A stretch of DNA of 64,000 nt from Bacteroidales bacterium (GTDB lineage Bacteria; Bacteroidota; Bacteroidia; Bacteroidales; P3), in contig JAGCYV010000034.1 in assembly GCA_017960605.1 (NCBI GenBank), positions 7,192 to 71,191 of the forward strand, in the 5' to 3' direction. Numbering within the stretch: the first letter of the stretch is position 1; every line of letters starts with the position of its first letter. The notes under the pieces were generated by a model. It was given only the letters and a program-made list of their open reading frames with translations. It was not told where the DNA came from and did no database searches. Shown one piece after another: positions 34,197 through 43,435 of this stretch. Position numbers and translations under genes: made by a program.

Positions 34197-36455
34197 ATGA
34201 AACAAGTCCAGCGACAGCAACTGCAACAGAAGTTCTCGCCTCAGCAGATACAGCTGATGCGGCTGTTGCAGTTGCCTGTCACCGACTTGGAACAGGCCAT
34301 CAAAGAAGAAATCGAGAAGAATCCGTTGCTTGAGGCCGAAACACAGGACGAACAGCCACTGCCCGACAACGACCACAGCGACTGGGATGCCGACGAGGAG
34401 GACGATTTCGGCTACGACTATCGCGAACACCTGGAGAGCGACCCCAACGCAATGAGACGCGAGTTTGTGGTGAGCGACAACCAGTCGGCCAACGAACGGC
34501 TGATGCAACAACTTTCCCTGCGTCCCCTCTCCGAACGACAACGCCTGATAGCCACAGAAATTATCGGCACCCTCGACGATGCCGGCTATTTAGGCCGCAG
34601 CCTGGACCTGATTGCCAACGACATGGCTTTCCGGCAAGGCATCGAGGCCACAGTGTCGGAGGTGGAAGAAGCCCTGGGCATCGTGCAAAGCCTCGACCCT
34701 GCCGGCATCGGCGCTCGCTCGCTGCAAGAGTGTCTGTTGCTGCAACTGGGAAGGAATTCAGAACTCAACATTCAAGATTCAACCCGTACAATCGCCACTG
34801 CAATTGTACGCGACCTCTTCGACGACTTTGCCAACCACCGCTACGAACGCATCTGCGAGAGCCTCGACATCAGCGAGGAAGAGTTTGAAGAAGCCGCCGA
34901 CATCATCCGCCACCTAAACCCCAAGCCCGGCGGCTCCTCGGCAGCCGACAACGACGGCGCCACTGCTGTCATCCCCGACATCGTAGTCACCCAACACGAC
35001 GGACAGTTGCAGTTCTACTTGAACGATAGTCATCTGCCGCGGTTGAGCCTGAACACCTACTATACCGAGATGCTGCATGAGATGGAACAACAGCAAGGTG
35101 CCGACCGCTCCACATTGCAGTTCCTCCGCTCCAAACAGGCCGATGCGCAAGGCTTTATCGACCTGCTCCAGCAACGCCACGACACCATTGTTCGCATCAT
35201 GCGCTACCTTGCGAAGCACCAAAGGAGATTCCTGCTCACAGGAGACCCCGACCAGATGGTGCCCCTGAGACAACGCGAGGTGGCCGAAGCCACAGGACTG
35301 GACATCAGCACCGTGAGCCGTATGGCCAACAGCAAATACTTGCGAACCGACTTCGGCACCATCGCCCTCAAAGAATGCTTCTCCAAGGGCATGGCCACCG
35401 ACAACGGAGAAGAAGTGGCCATCGATACCATCAAGCAACGATTGTCGGACCTCATTGATAAAGAAGACAAACAAAATCCGCTGTCGGACGATGCAATAGC
35501 CAAACTGCTCAACCAACAGGGGCTTCCCTTGGCTCGCCGCACAGTGGCAAAATACCGTGAACAACTGGGGCTGCCGGTGGCTCGCCTGCGTCGCACACTG
35601 ACGATTCTGCTCATGTTGTTCCTGCCCTGCTTCATGCAGGCCCAGATGTCGTACTACGACTCCATTATCGCAGTACGCCTGCGAACCACCGAGAAGAAAG
35701 CCGAGCCAAAACAACAGGAGAAACACAAAGCACCGGAAGCAAAAGCAGAAAAGAAAACCGCCGTTCCCACAACCGAGCCCATAGCAATCACCAAACTGGA
35801 GAGCTATATGGTTCCGGCTTGGTACGACGCTTTTCCGCATAACCGTGTCAATCCGCTAGGCCGCACCAAAGTGGATATGCTGCCGGATGAGATCAACTTG
35901 AAACTGGCGGCCGACACCTCGGACTTCTGCTTCCCTGTGCGCAATCGCAAAACCAGCAACTATGGGTGGCGATGGAACCGAGGTCACCACGGGGTGGATA
36001 TCGCCCTGCGGGTGGGAGACCCCGTGCATGCAGCTTTCAGCGGCACCGTTCGCATAGCCTCACGCATGGGCGGTTATGGGAACTGCGTGGTACTGCGGCA
36101 CGCCAACGGATTGGAAACCCTCTACGGTCACCTGTCGAAAATCAACGTCAAACGAGGCCAACAGGTGAATGTCGGCGACATCATCGGCCAAGGAGGGAAC
36201 ACCGGCAACAGCACAGGTCCGCACCTGCACTTCGAATGCAGGTTCCTCTACCAACCCTTCGACCCTGAATGGATACTTGACTTCGAACGCTACAACCTGC
36301 GCACCCGCAGGCTGCACCTCGACAAGAGCTATTTCGGCATCCGTCAGCCACGAAAGGGAGAAAAAATGGAATACAAGGCCGACAACAGCATCATTCGCGA
36401 GACCAAGAAACGTCCCAAGAACCAGCCGACCACCATCAATAGCAAAGACTTTTAA
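34197..36455 (+). CDS. rpoN: RNA polymerase sigma-54 factor fused in frame to a TM/signal-like segment and an M23 metallopeptidase domain
   Basis: 752-aa uninterrupted ORF. Roughly residues 1-466 are a complete RpoN (MKQVQRQQLQQKFSPQQIQLMRLLQLP...; HTH; RpoN box ARRTVAKYREQLGLPVARLRR). Then come TLTILLMLFLPCFMQAQ, a Lys/Glu/Pro-rich linker and an M23 domain with intact HHGVD and GPHLHFE motifs. I checked the junction codon by codon (35520-35650) and found no stop. In-frame candidate internal starts are GTG 35577 and ATG 35613. Confidence 0.8.
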   Translation: MKQVQRQQLQQKFSPQQIQLMRLLQLPVTDLEQAIKEEIEKNPLLEAETQDEQPLPDNDHSDWDADEEDDFGYDYREHLESDPNAMRREFVVSDNQSANERLMQQLSLRPLSERQRLIATEIIGTLDDAGYLGRSLDLIANDMAFRQGIEATVSEVEEALGIVQSLDPAGIGARSLQECLLLQLGRNSELNIQDSTRTIATAIVRDLFDDFANHRYERICESLDISEEEFEEAADIIRHLNPKPGGSSAADNDGATAVIPDIVVTQHDGQLQFYLNDSHLPRLSLNTYYTEMLHEMEQQQGADRSTLQFLRSKQADAQGFIDLLQQRHDTIVRIMRYLAKHQRRFLLTGDPDQMVPLRQREVAEATGLDISTVSRMANSKYLRTDFGTIALKECFSKGMATDNGEEVAIDTIKQRLSDLIDKEDKQNPLSDDAIAKLLNQQGLPLARRTVAKYREQLGLPVARLRRTLTILLMLFLPCFMQAQMSYYDSIIAVRLRTTEKKAEPKQQEKHKAPEAKAEKKTAVPTTEPIAITKLESYMVPAWYDAFPHNRVNPLGRTKVDMLPDEINLKLAADTSDFCFPVRNRKTSNYGWRWNRGHHGVDIALRVGDPVHAAFSGTVRIASRMGGYGNCVVLRHANGLETLYGHLSKINVKRGQQVNVGDIIGQGGNTGNSTGPHLHFECRFLYQPFDPEWILDFERYNLRTRRLHLDKSYFGIRQPRKGEKMEYKADNSIIRETKKRPKNQPTTINSKDF

Positions 36456-36472
36456 ATACATTATAATATATT

Positions 36473-36961
36473 ATGAAAAAGACCAACCTCTCCGACTACG
36501 ACCCGACGGCAGTCCCCGACGGCAGTCTTTATACTGTCGCCGTAGTCGCTGCCGAATGGAATCCGGAAGTGACTGGCGCCATGCTCAACGGAGCCGTCAG
36601 TACCCTGCGTGAGCATGGGGTCAAAGAGGAGAATATCATCGTGAGGCATGTGCCCGGCACCTTCGAACTGACCACCGCCGCCGACCTGCTGCTTGGCAGC
36701 GACCCCTCGTTGAATGCTGTCATCTGTATTGGATGCGTCATCCAAGGAGAAACTCGTCATTTTGAATTCATCTGCCAAGCGGTTTCCCAGGGACTTAGCA
36801 ACGTTGCCATCAAACACAGCCGTCCAGTCATCTTCAGCGTTCTCACTTGCGACACCATGCAGCAGGCCCTTGACCGTGCCGGTGGACGTCACGGGAACAA
36901 AGGTGTGGAAGGAGCCGTCACCGCCTTGAAGATGTGCAAATTCAAAGACCAATGCGAGTAG
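36473..36961 (+). CDS. ribH: 6,7-dimethyl-8-ribityllumazine synthase
   Basis: 162 aa. Lumazine synthase pattern (VAVVAAEWNPEVT...VPGTFELT...GCVIQGETRHFEF). Confidence 0.9.
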   Translation: MKKTNLSDYDPTAVPDGSLYTVAVVAAEWNPEVTGAMLNGAVSTLREHGVKEENIIVRHVPGTFELTTAADLLLGSDPSLNAVICIGCVIQGETRHFEFICQAVSQGLSNVAIKHSRPVIFSVLTCDTMQQALDRAGGRHGNKGVEGAVTALKMCKFKDQCE

Positions 36962-37890
36962 TCTATTTCGGCACTCCCGACTTTGCCGTCGAAAGTCTCG
37001 ACGCCATCATGCAATCGTCGCGACATGAGATGGCGGCTGTGGTCACCGTGCCCGACCGGCAAGCAGGCCGTGGCCAGAAGGTGGTCTATAGTCCTGTGAA
37101 ACAATATGCCCTCGACCACCAGCTGCCTCTGCTGCAACCGGAGAAACTACGCGACACACAGTTTCTCGAGGACCTGCAAGCCATCAAGGCCGACATCTTT
37201 GTCGTTGTAGCTTTCCGCATGCTGCCCGAGGCAGTATGGGCGATGCCCCCCCACGGGACTTTTAACCTCCACGCCTCCCTGCTGCCGCGCTACCGTGGCG
37301 CCGCCCCCATCAACTGGGCAATCATCAACGGCGAACAAGAAACCGGAGTAACAACATTCCTATTGAATCATCAGATAGACGAGGGGAATTTGCTCTTACA
37401 GGAATCCACTCCGATAAGCACTCGAGAGACTGCCGGGAGTCTGCACGACCGATTGGCTGCCATGGGACGCTCGCTGGTGGTCCGTACACTCGATGCTTTG
37501 GCCGATGGAACAGTTACTCCCCGTCCTCAAATCGGAGAAGCCTGTCCAGCCCCAAAAATATTCAAAGATGACTGCCGTATTGACTTTTCGCACACCTCCC
37601 AAGAAATAGATTGCTTTATCCGAGGTCTCTGCCCCTACCCCGCAGCCACCCTCACCTTAATTAATCCCAAAGGGGAATCTATTCCATTTAAAATATTGGC
37701 CGCTGAATCCATGTCGGAGATGCACGAATACCCTTGCGGCACACTGATTTGCGATGGAAAAAGAGTGCTAAAAATCGCCACAGCAGATGGTTTTATCCGC
37801 ATTTTAGAGCTCCAAATGGCTGGAAAAAAGAAAAATAACGTTGAGGACTTCCTTCGCGGAAACAATATAACAAACTGGAAATTAGTATAA
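36952..37890 (+). CDS. fmt: methionyl-tRNA formyltransferase
   Basis: MRVVYFGTPDFAV start (ATG 36952; the ORF track extends to 36934) and the HASLLPRYRGAAPINWAI motif. Confidence 0.9.
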   Translation: MRVVYFGTPDFAVESLDAIMQSSRHEMAAVVTVPDRQAGRGQKVVYSPVKQYALDHQLPLLQPEKLRDTQFLEDLQAIKADIFVVVAFRMLPEAVWAMPPHGTFNLHASLLPRYRGAAPINWAIINGEQETGVTTFLLNHQIDEGNLLLQESTPISTRETAGSLHDRLAAMGRSLVVRTLDALADGTVTPRPQIGEACPAPKIFKDDCRIDFSHTSQEIDCFIRGLCPYPAATLTLINPKGESIPFKILAAESMSEMHEYPCGTLICDGKRVLKIATADGFIRILELQMAGKKKNNVEDFLRGNNITNWKLV

Positions 37891-37903
37891 TATAAAAATA
37901 GTT

Positions 37904-37966
37904 AAAAAAAATCTAAAAAAATTCTAAAAAAAATTTGGTTCATACTAAAAATTTTTCATACATTTG
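37904..37966 (+). promoter_or_regulatory. HU promoter: three A-tracts phased at 11 bp, then -33 TTTG (37934-37937) and -7 TACATTTG (37959-37966)
   Basis: AAAAAAAATCT AAAAAAATTCT AAAAAAAATTT is followed by TTTG, 21 nt of spacer and TAcaTTTG. The ATG is at 38024. Confidence 0.55.
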
Positions 37967-38023
37967 CAGCGTAAAAAGTTAGAGGATAACAAGTAACATT
38001 ATAACCCCTTAAAATCAAACAAA

Positions 38024-38311
38024 ATGAACAAAACCGAACTTGTCAACGCCATCGCCGCCAAGACCGGCATGACGAAAGTTGCCTCTAAGGCTGCCATGAA
38101 TGCCTGCTTCAACAGCATTCAGGAGAAACTGAACAAAGGCGAGAAAGTGACCCTGATCGGCTTCGGTACCTTCAGTGTCGTCGAGCGCAAAGCCCGCACC
38201 GCCAAGAACCCGCAGACTGGCAAGGCCGTTAAGGTTCCCGCCAAGAAAGTTGCCAAATTCAAAGCCGGCAGCAATCTTCTTGCCAAGAAGAAAACCGCCA
38301 AGAAGAAATAA
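38024..38311 (+). CDS. HU family DNA-binding protein
   Basis: 95 aa. MNKTELVNAIA...GFGTFSVVERKARTAKNPQTGK, with a Lys-rich tail. Confidence 0.93.
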   Translation: MNKTELVNAIAAKTGMTKVASKAAMNACFNSIQEKLNKGEKVTLIGFGTFSVVERKARTAKNPQTGKAVKVPAKKVAKFKAGSNLLAKKKTAKKK

Positions 38312-38330
38312 GGGTTTCCTTAATCTACAG

Positions 38331-38361
38331 AAAAGTGTCCCAAATTTGGGACACTTTTTTT
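38331..38361 (+). terminator. rho-independent terminator after the HU gene
   Basis: GTGTCCC-AAATTT-GGGACAC hairpin followed by a run of 7 T. Confidence 0.75.
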
Positions 38362-38439
38362 GTTTCCCTAACCTTTGCCCCCTATTATGCATTAACTTCC
38401 TTTAACAGTCTTTTGTTATCAAATGTGAAATAAATGTTG

Positions 38440-38447
38440 TATCTTTG
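38440..38447 (+). promoter_or_regulatory. candidate -7 box (TATCTTTG) for gpsA
   Basis: Exact TAnnTTTG match, 40 nt upstream of the ATG at 38487. A TTTG lies at 38412-38415. Confidence 0.5.
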
Positions 38448-38486
38448 CAAACTCATTTCACCTCGCCTCGACGAGGCTGATCGAAA

Positions 38487-39503
38487 ATGAACGAACACAA
38501 AAACAGAATGATAGGAGTTATAGGCAGTGGCAGCTGGGCCACTGCATTAGTGAAAATATTGCTCGAAAAAAAGGGATTTAGCATCAACTGGTGGGTAAGA
38601 AACGCGGAGGCAAGACAGTCGCTTGCCTCCACTGGACACAATTCCCGCAGGCTCTCCGAACTTTATCTTGACCCAAGCCGATTGAATCTTAGCGGCGAGT
38701 TGGCCGAAATAGTGTCTTCAAGCGATTTATTGCTATTGGCCGTCCCTTCAGCCTATTTGGGGCAAACCCTGTTCTCTTTATCAGCAAAAGACTACGAAGG
38801 GAAACGGTTTGTTTCTGCAGTAAAAGGCACCATTCCAGACTGCTGCATGAGTATTTCGGACTATCTGGAGCAGGTATTACATATCGCAAAAGAAAACATT
38901 TGCGTTGTAAGCGGACCAAGTCACGCCGAAGAAGTGGCTACCGGCATGGCCACATTCCTTACCGTGGCATCCACCAACAATTCCTTCGCGAAAGAAGTGG
39001 CAGAAATGCTGCATTGCTCCTACTGTCATACCTCCACAACCCAAGATATCGTCGGCATCGAACACTTTGTACTGGCCAAAAACATCTACGCCATTGCCGC
39101 TGGCATCTGCCAAGGACTGGGATATGGAGACAACCTAAATGCCGTTCTCACATGTGCTGCTATTCGTGAAATCAAGGTGCAACTGGATAAATACCTCCCC
39201 CTTGAAGGACGGCATATGGACAATTATTGTTACCTGGGCGACTTGATGGTAACCTGCTGGTCTTCACACAGCCGCAACCGTGCATTAGGCGTGGCTGTAG
39301 CTCACGGGGAGAAGCCACAAGAGGTGTTTGAACGTACAGGAAGTGTGGCCGAAGGATACTATTCGGTGAAAAACATGCACACCATTTATGAACGCCTTGG
39401 AAACACCGACAGCATTCCCATATCCGAAGCGGTCTATCGCGTTCTCTATTGTGACGCCGACCCCAAGAGCGAGATGGATTATCTGATAGACCATGTTTTT
39501 TGA
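38487..39503 (+). CDS. gpsA: NAD(P)H-dependent glycerol-3-phosphate dehydrogenase
   Basis: 338 aa. N-terminal dinucleotide fold IGVIGSGSWATAL. Confidence 0.88.
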   Translation: MNEHKNRMIGVIGSGSWATALVKILLEKKGFSINWWVRNAEARQSLASTGHNSRRLSELYLDPSRLNLSGELAEIVSSSDLLLLAVPSAYLGQTLFSLSAKDYEGKRFVSAVKGTIPDCCMSISDYLEQVLHIAKENICVVSGPSHAEEVATGMATFLTVASTNNSFAKEVAEMLHCSYCHTSTTQDIVGIEHFVLAKNIYAIAAGICQGLGYGDNLNAVLTCAAIREIKVQLDKYLPLEGRHMDNYCYLGDLMVTCWSSHSRNRALGVAVAHGEKPQEVFERTGSVAEGYYSVKNMHTIYERLGNTDSIPISEAVYRVLYCDADPKSEMDYLIDHVF

Positions 39504-40591
39504 TGGAGCAGTTTGACGACATACGTCCCTACACAGACGAAGAGTTGCCTGCAGCCCTGCGACGGATTACAGAGTGGAAAGATTTTCCCCAGGCCATCAA
39601 ATTCATCTACCCTAATGGCAACATCACTGAGATCAAAGAACGGCTACTGAATATCAAAACGGCACACGAATTTCAGGCCACACTAATGAACGATGCCATT
39701 GGACGCATCATCAACACCACCACCGACGGGTTCACTCACTCCGGACTCAACCACCTGAGGCGTGGCGTTGCATATTTGTTTGTATCCAACCACCGCGATA
39801 TCACCCTCGACGCGTTTTTGTTACAACGATTATTGATTGAACATCGAGGTGACACCTCCCATATCGTCTTCGGGCAAAACCTTCTAAGCATCCCCGTTAT
39901 GGAAGATTTGTTCCGCAGCAATAAACTCATACGCATGGAACGCGGGGGCTCTCCAAGAGCCTTTTATGACAGCCTGCATCATCTTTCCGAATTCCTCAAC
40001 CACCTTGTTATCAATCAGCGCCAGTCGGTTTGGATTGCCCAGAAAAACGGTCGCGCAAAAGATGGAAACGATACAACAGCACCTGCCATGATTAAGATGC
40101 TTTGCTTGGGCTGTCAGAACGACCCTTTGCAACGACTAACTGACTTGCACTTGGTACCAGTCAGTATCAGCTATGAATGGGATCCCTGTGACCTGATGAA
40201 AGCCAATGAACTTTACCAAAGCCAAAAGGGAGAGTATCAGAAAGCCCCGGACGAGGATATTAAATCTGTCGTTTCAGGCATCATTGGCCCCAAAGGGAAA
40301 GTACATCTGACCATTGGTGCACCGCTCTCTAAGCGTGAGTTAACACCAGCCGACGGAGAAGATCTATTTGAACACGTAGCCACACTACTCGACCATCGCA
40401 TACGCGGAAACTACCGCCTGATGCCCACCAACTATGCTGCTTATGCACTCCTAACAGGGCAGCATACAACAGGACGCTATACACAACACACCATTGACGG
40501 ACTGAAAGCCAGGATGTCCTCACTTCCCCACGGGGAGATGCGCCGACTATTGCTTGAGAACTACGCCAACCCTGTTTTCAACAGTCGGTGA
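39503..40591 (+). CDS. 1-acyl-sn-glycerol-3-phosphate acyltransferase family protein
   Basis: About 362 aa. Acyltransferase HX4D motif (SNHRDITLD). The ATG at 39503 shares a base with the gpsA TGA. The ORF-track start at 39500 is a TTG. Confidence 0.65.
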   Translation: MEQFDDIRPYTDEELPAALRRITEWKDFPQAIKFIYPNGNITEIKERLLNIKTAHEFQATLMNDAIGRIINTTTDGFTHSGLNHLRRGVAYLFVSNHRDITLDAFLLQRLLIEHRGDTSHIVFGQNLLSIPVMEDLFRSNKLIRMERGGSPRAFYDSLHHLSEFLNHLVINQRQSVWIAQKNGRAKDGNDTTAPAMIKMLCLGCQNDPLQRLTDLHLVPVSISYEWDPCDLMKANELYQSQKGEYQKAPDEDIKSVVSGIIGPKGKVHLTIGAPLSKRELTPADGEDLFEHVATLLDHRIRGNYRLMPTNYAAYALLTGQHTTGRYTQHTIDGLKARMSSLPHGEMRRLLLENYANPVFNSR

Positions 40592-42023
40592 CATCACCGA
40601 AAAACTGACCAGAGAATCCCAACAAATAAATCCGCTCAGTGGCACGTGTAAATGCCGTATAGAGCCATCGTAGCCAGTCGCGGTCGAGCGTCATGTCGGG
40701 AGGCAAAAAACCTTGATCCAAAATGACCGTACGCCATTGGCCGCCTTGCGTCTTGTGGCAGGTCAACGCATATGAAAATTTGACCTGCAAGGCATTATAA
40801 TAAGGATTCTGTCGAAGTTCCCGCATACGGTCGGCCTTGTGTGGCAAGTCGTCATAATCCTCCATAACAGATTCATAAAGCTTCCCATGCTCTTCGGTGG
40901 TGAGCGAAGGTGACTCGCTATAAAGTGTTGAAAGCATCAGTTTACAATCAAGAGGCTGTTCATCGGGATAATCGACAAAACGCACCGTGGCATCTGCAAA
41001 ACGAAAGCCATATACTTCTTGTATATTTCTTACACTAAGTACTTCCACGATATCTCCATTGGCAATAAATCCAACCGTACTATCATTGTCAAGCCAGAAG
41101 TAGTTGTTTTTTACCACCATCAAATAATCCCCTGCGTTCACCTCTTCCTCCCTGAAAAGGATAGTATTCCGAATACCTTGGTTGAATAGGTTAGCCCGCT
41201 TGTTGCTTCGCGTAATCACTACCACATCCTCAAGATTGTATGATGAATACTCTCGATAAAGTGTTTCCATCAAATCCGCAGGAGCAAGTTTGACAACATC
41301 GACCTCCGCGTGGAACAAAGGCAAATGGACTTTTTCTCCAGGGAAGAGTGATGTGATTTGATTACGCAAGTCCGTGGCATTCGATAAAATACCTGACAAT
41401 TGCTGCTGACGTACCACCTCTGTAAGCTCACCTTCAATCACATTCAAATTAAACGATGCCGCCAGATAACGGCTATCCAGGGCCGGACTCTCACTTTGAC
41501 CAACTGGAGGCAACTGAGCCATGTCTCCTATGAGCATCAAGCGACAATGGGTTCCATCATATACATACTCCACCAAATCCTCCAGAAGGCTTAGTCTTGT
41601 ACCAGTAGGCTCCAGACCAATCATCGATGCCTCATCGACAATGAACAAAGTATAGGCATGACGATTCACGGCACGCACCATTCTCATAACTCCAGAGGCG
41701 TCAGTGGCTGTCATGTATATCTTCTTGTGAATAGTGTATGCAGACCGGTGAGAATAACCACTAAGCACCTTGGCTGCACGTCCTGTAGGAGCCAACAAGA
41801 CACAATTCACACGCAACTGAGGAAGTACCTGGATGAGGGCTGACACCAACGTTGTCTTACCCGTACCGGCATAGCCACGTAAGAGGAATGCCGAACGAGG
41901 ATCGTTGTCATAGAGAAATTTAGACATGGAAACACACACTTCCCTTTGTCCGTCAGTGGGCACATGGGGGAAGTGTGTGTGAATAAGGCTAACTACCGAT
42001 TGTTCTACACCCGGCGAAGCCAC
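40578..42023 (-). CDS. RecD/Pif1-like ATP-dependent DNA helicase (AAA ATPase with a UvrD-like C-terminal domain)
   Basis: 481 aa. Walker A GYAGTGKTT, Walker B FIVDEASM and the C-terminal motif LTCHKTQGGQW. GTG start. Confidence 0.75.
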   Translation of the reverse strand: MASPGVEQSVVSLIHTHFPHVPTDGQREVCVSMSKFLYDNDPRSAFLLRGYAGTGKTTLVSALIQVLPQLRVNCVLLAPTGRAAKVLSGYSHRSAYTIHKKIYMTATDASGVMRMVRAVNRHAYTLFIVDEASMIGLEPTGTRLSLLEDLVEYVYDGTHCRLMLIGDMAQLPPVGQSESPALDSRYLAASFNLNVIEGELTEVVRQQQLSGILSNATDLRNQITSLFPGEKVHLPLFHAEVDVVKLAPADLMETLYREYSSYNLEDVVVITRSNKRANLFNQGIRNTILFREEEVNAGDYLMVVKNNYFWLDNDSTVGFIANGDIVEVLSVRNIQEVYGFRFADATVRFVDYPDEQPLDCKLMLSTLYSESPSLTTEEHGKLYESVMEDYDDLPHKADRMRELRQNPYYNALQVKFSYALTCHKTQGGQWRTVILDQGFLPPDMTLDRDWLRWLYTAFTRATERIYLLGFSGQFFGDVTDC

Positions 42024-42026
42024 TGC

Positions 42027-42356
42027 TTACTGCTGATCGGCTGTGGGCACCGATGTGGTGATGGGACTGGCGGCCTGCACAGGATCCGCATTGCCAGCAG
42101 TCACCTCGGTATTGAGGGCGTTGTTATTGCTGCGATGAGGGATGGACACAGTAGCCGCCAAGCAGAGAACCACAAGAATGACTGCCAGCCACCATGTGGC
42201 CTTTTCAAGGAAATCTGCCGTTTGGCGGACACCCATCACCTGAGTAGGGGCAGAGAAGTTAGCAGCCAAACCGCCACCTTTGGAGTTCTGTACAAGAACC
42301 ACCAATGCAAGCAGCACACAAACTACAAGAATCAGAATTACGATAAAGGTGTACAT
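42027..42356 (-). CDS. secG: preprotein translocase subunit SecG
   Basis: 109 aa. MYTFIVILILVVCVLLALVVLVQNSKGGGLA and a second TM helix. Confidence 0.85.
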   Translation of the reverse strand: MYTFIVILILVVCVLLALVVLVQNSKGGGLAANFSAPTQVMGVRQTADFLEKATWWLAVILVVLCLAATVSIPHRSNNNALNTEVTAGNADPVQAASPITTSVPTADQQ

Positions 42357-42371
42357 GTTTATTATTTGTTA

Positions 42372-42956
42372 TTATTGATTCAACAACGTTTTCAAATGCT
42401 CAATTCGGGGTGCAAAATTACTACTTTTTTCGGGATTATGGGCCAACAAATTCTCATAAATCGCCAACGCCTTGTCATACTTGCCTTGTTTTTCAAGTAT
42501 AACAGCAAGAGTCTCAGTACCCAACGAGATATCGGCACGTAGGCTTTTTTTATTTTTTGTTTCTGCCTGAGCGAATTCATTGGTTGCAGGTTCTGCAGCA
42601 TCTGCGGTGGCAATTTGAAGGAAATTAGACAAAATAACACTCTTGGGAGCCGTCTTGAAAGAGACCTCCTGAAAAGTATTTATTTCACTAAGAATGTCAA
42701 TGTTCTGCACCTCGGACGCCGATTGGGCCGCATTAGCAAGTAGTACATTGAGTGCATGCGGATTGCACATGGCCAACGCCGTAGCACGTCGTTCCTCTGG
42801 TGTATCAAAATCAAAAGCATGGTCGGCAAGCAGTGCCAATAACCTAACCACCGATGAATGGGGATATTTAGCCAACACCGCCCGAAGCCATCCTCTTTCC
42901 TGGGAAGTGAACTTACCAGGTTGGCTTACCATCTTGGTAAAGTCGTTTCTATCCAT
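42372..42956 (-). CDS. hypothetical protein (C-terminal TPR-like motif)
   Basis: 194 aa, no signal peptide. The C-terminus LEKQGKYDKALAIYENLL is TPR-like. Confidence 0.5.
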   Translation of the reverse strand: MDRNDFTKMVSQPGKFTSQERGWLRAVLAKYPHSSVVRLLALLADHAFDFDTPEERRATALAMCNPHALNVLLANAAQSASEVQNIDILSEINTFQEVSFKTAPKSVILSNFLQIATADAAEPATNEFAQAETKNKKSLRADISLGTETLAVILEKQGKYDKALAIYENLLAHNPEKSSNFAPRIEHLKTLLNQ

Positions 42957-43150
42957 CTACTATCACTTCTTTTTTAAATGCAATTTAACATCTTTTAGCA
43001 TCACAAATCGGATTTGCAAAGGTACAGATTTTTTTTTAATTGACGAAAAAAGAATTTAATTTCTTTTTCTTAAACACTCATAAACAGCCGTTTAAGCATT
43101 AATATTCTACTCTATAATGATTTTTTTATTGTCATATTGATTTTTTTGTG

Positions 43151-43158
43151 TACTTTTG
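43151..43158 (+). promoter_or_regulatory. candidate -7 box (TACTTTTG) for rpmH
   Basis: Exact TAnnTTTG match, 61 nt upstream of the rpmH ATG. Confidence 0.5.
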
Positions 43159-43218
43159 CACTTCCAATTTTGAGAGGAAATCCTACCTAAAAGATAACAA
43201 ATAAAAGAACGATATACC

Positions 43219-43365
43219 ATGAAGAGAACATTCCAACCCTCGACGAGAAAAAGAGTCAACAAGCACGGTTTCCGCAAGAGAATGGCTACCGCCAATGGCA
43301 GAAAAGTGCTGGCTGCCCGCCGTCGTAAAGGCCGCAAGAGACTGACCGTCTCCGACGAGCGTTAA
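43219..43365 (+). CDS. rpmH: 50S ribosomal protein L34
   Basis: Hand translation gives [48 protein letters not shown] (48 aa). It is below the ORF-track size cutoff. The track instead lists a spurious antisense ORF at 43107..43337. Confidence 0.93.
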   Translation: MKRTFQPSTRKRVNKHGFRKRMATANGRKVLAARRRKGRKRLTVSDER

Positions 43366-43387
43366 GATGTAACGGCATCGCTGAACA

Positions 43388-43418
43388 AAAGAAGTACCGG
43401 AAGATACTTCTTTTTTTT
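43388..43418 (+). terminator. rho-independent terminator after rpmH
   Basis: GAAGTA...TACTTC hairpin followed by a run of 8 T. Confidence 0.6.
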
Positions 43419-43435
43419 ATATCCAAACAATCGTT

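Noticed and set aside
40578-42023. RecD/Pif1-like helicase as part of a defense or mobile element
   Set aside because: It stands alone among housekeeping genes, next to secG and an acyltransferase gene. It has no nuclease, methylase, integrase or partner genes, and no flanking repeats are evident.
43107-43337. 76-aa minus-strand ORF
   Set aside because: It overlaps the unmistakable rpmH (L34) reading frame on the plus strand.
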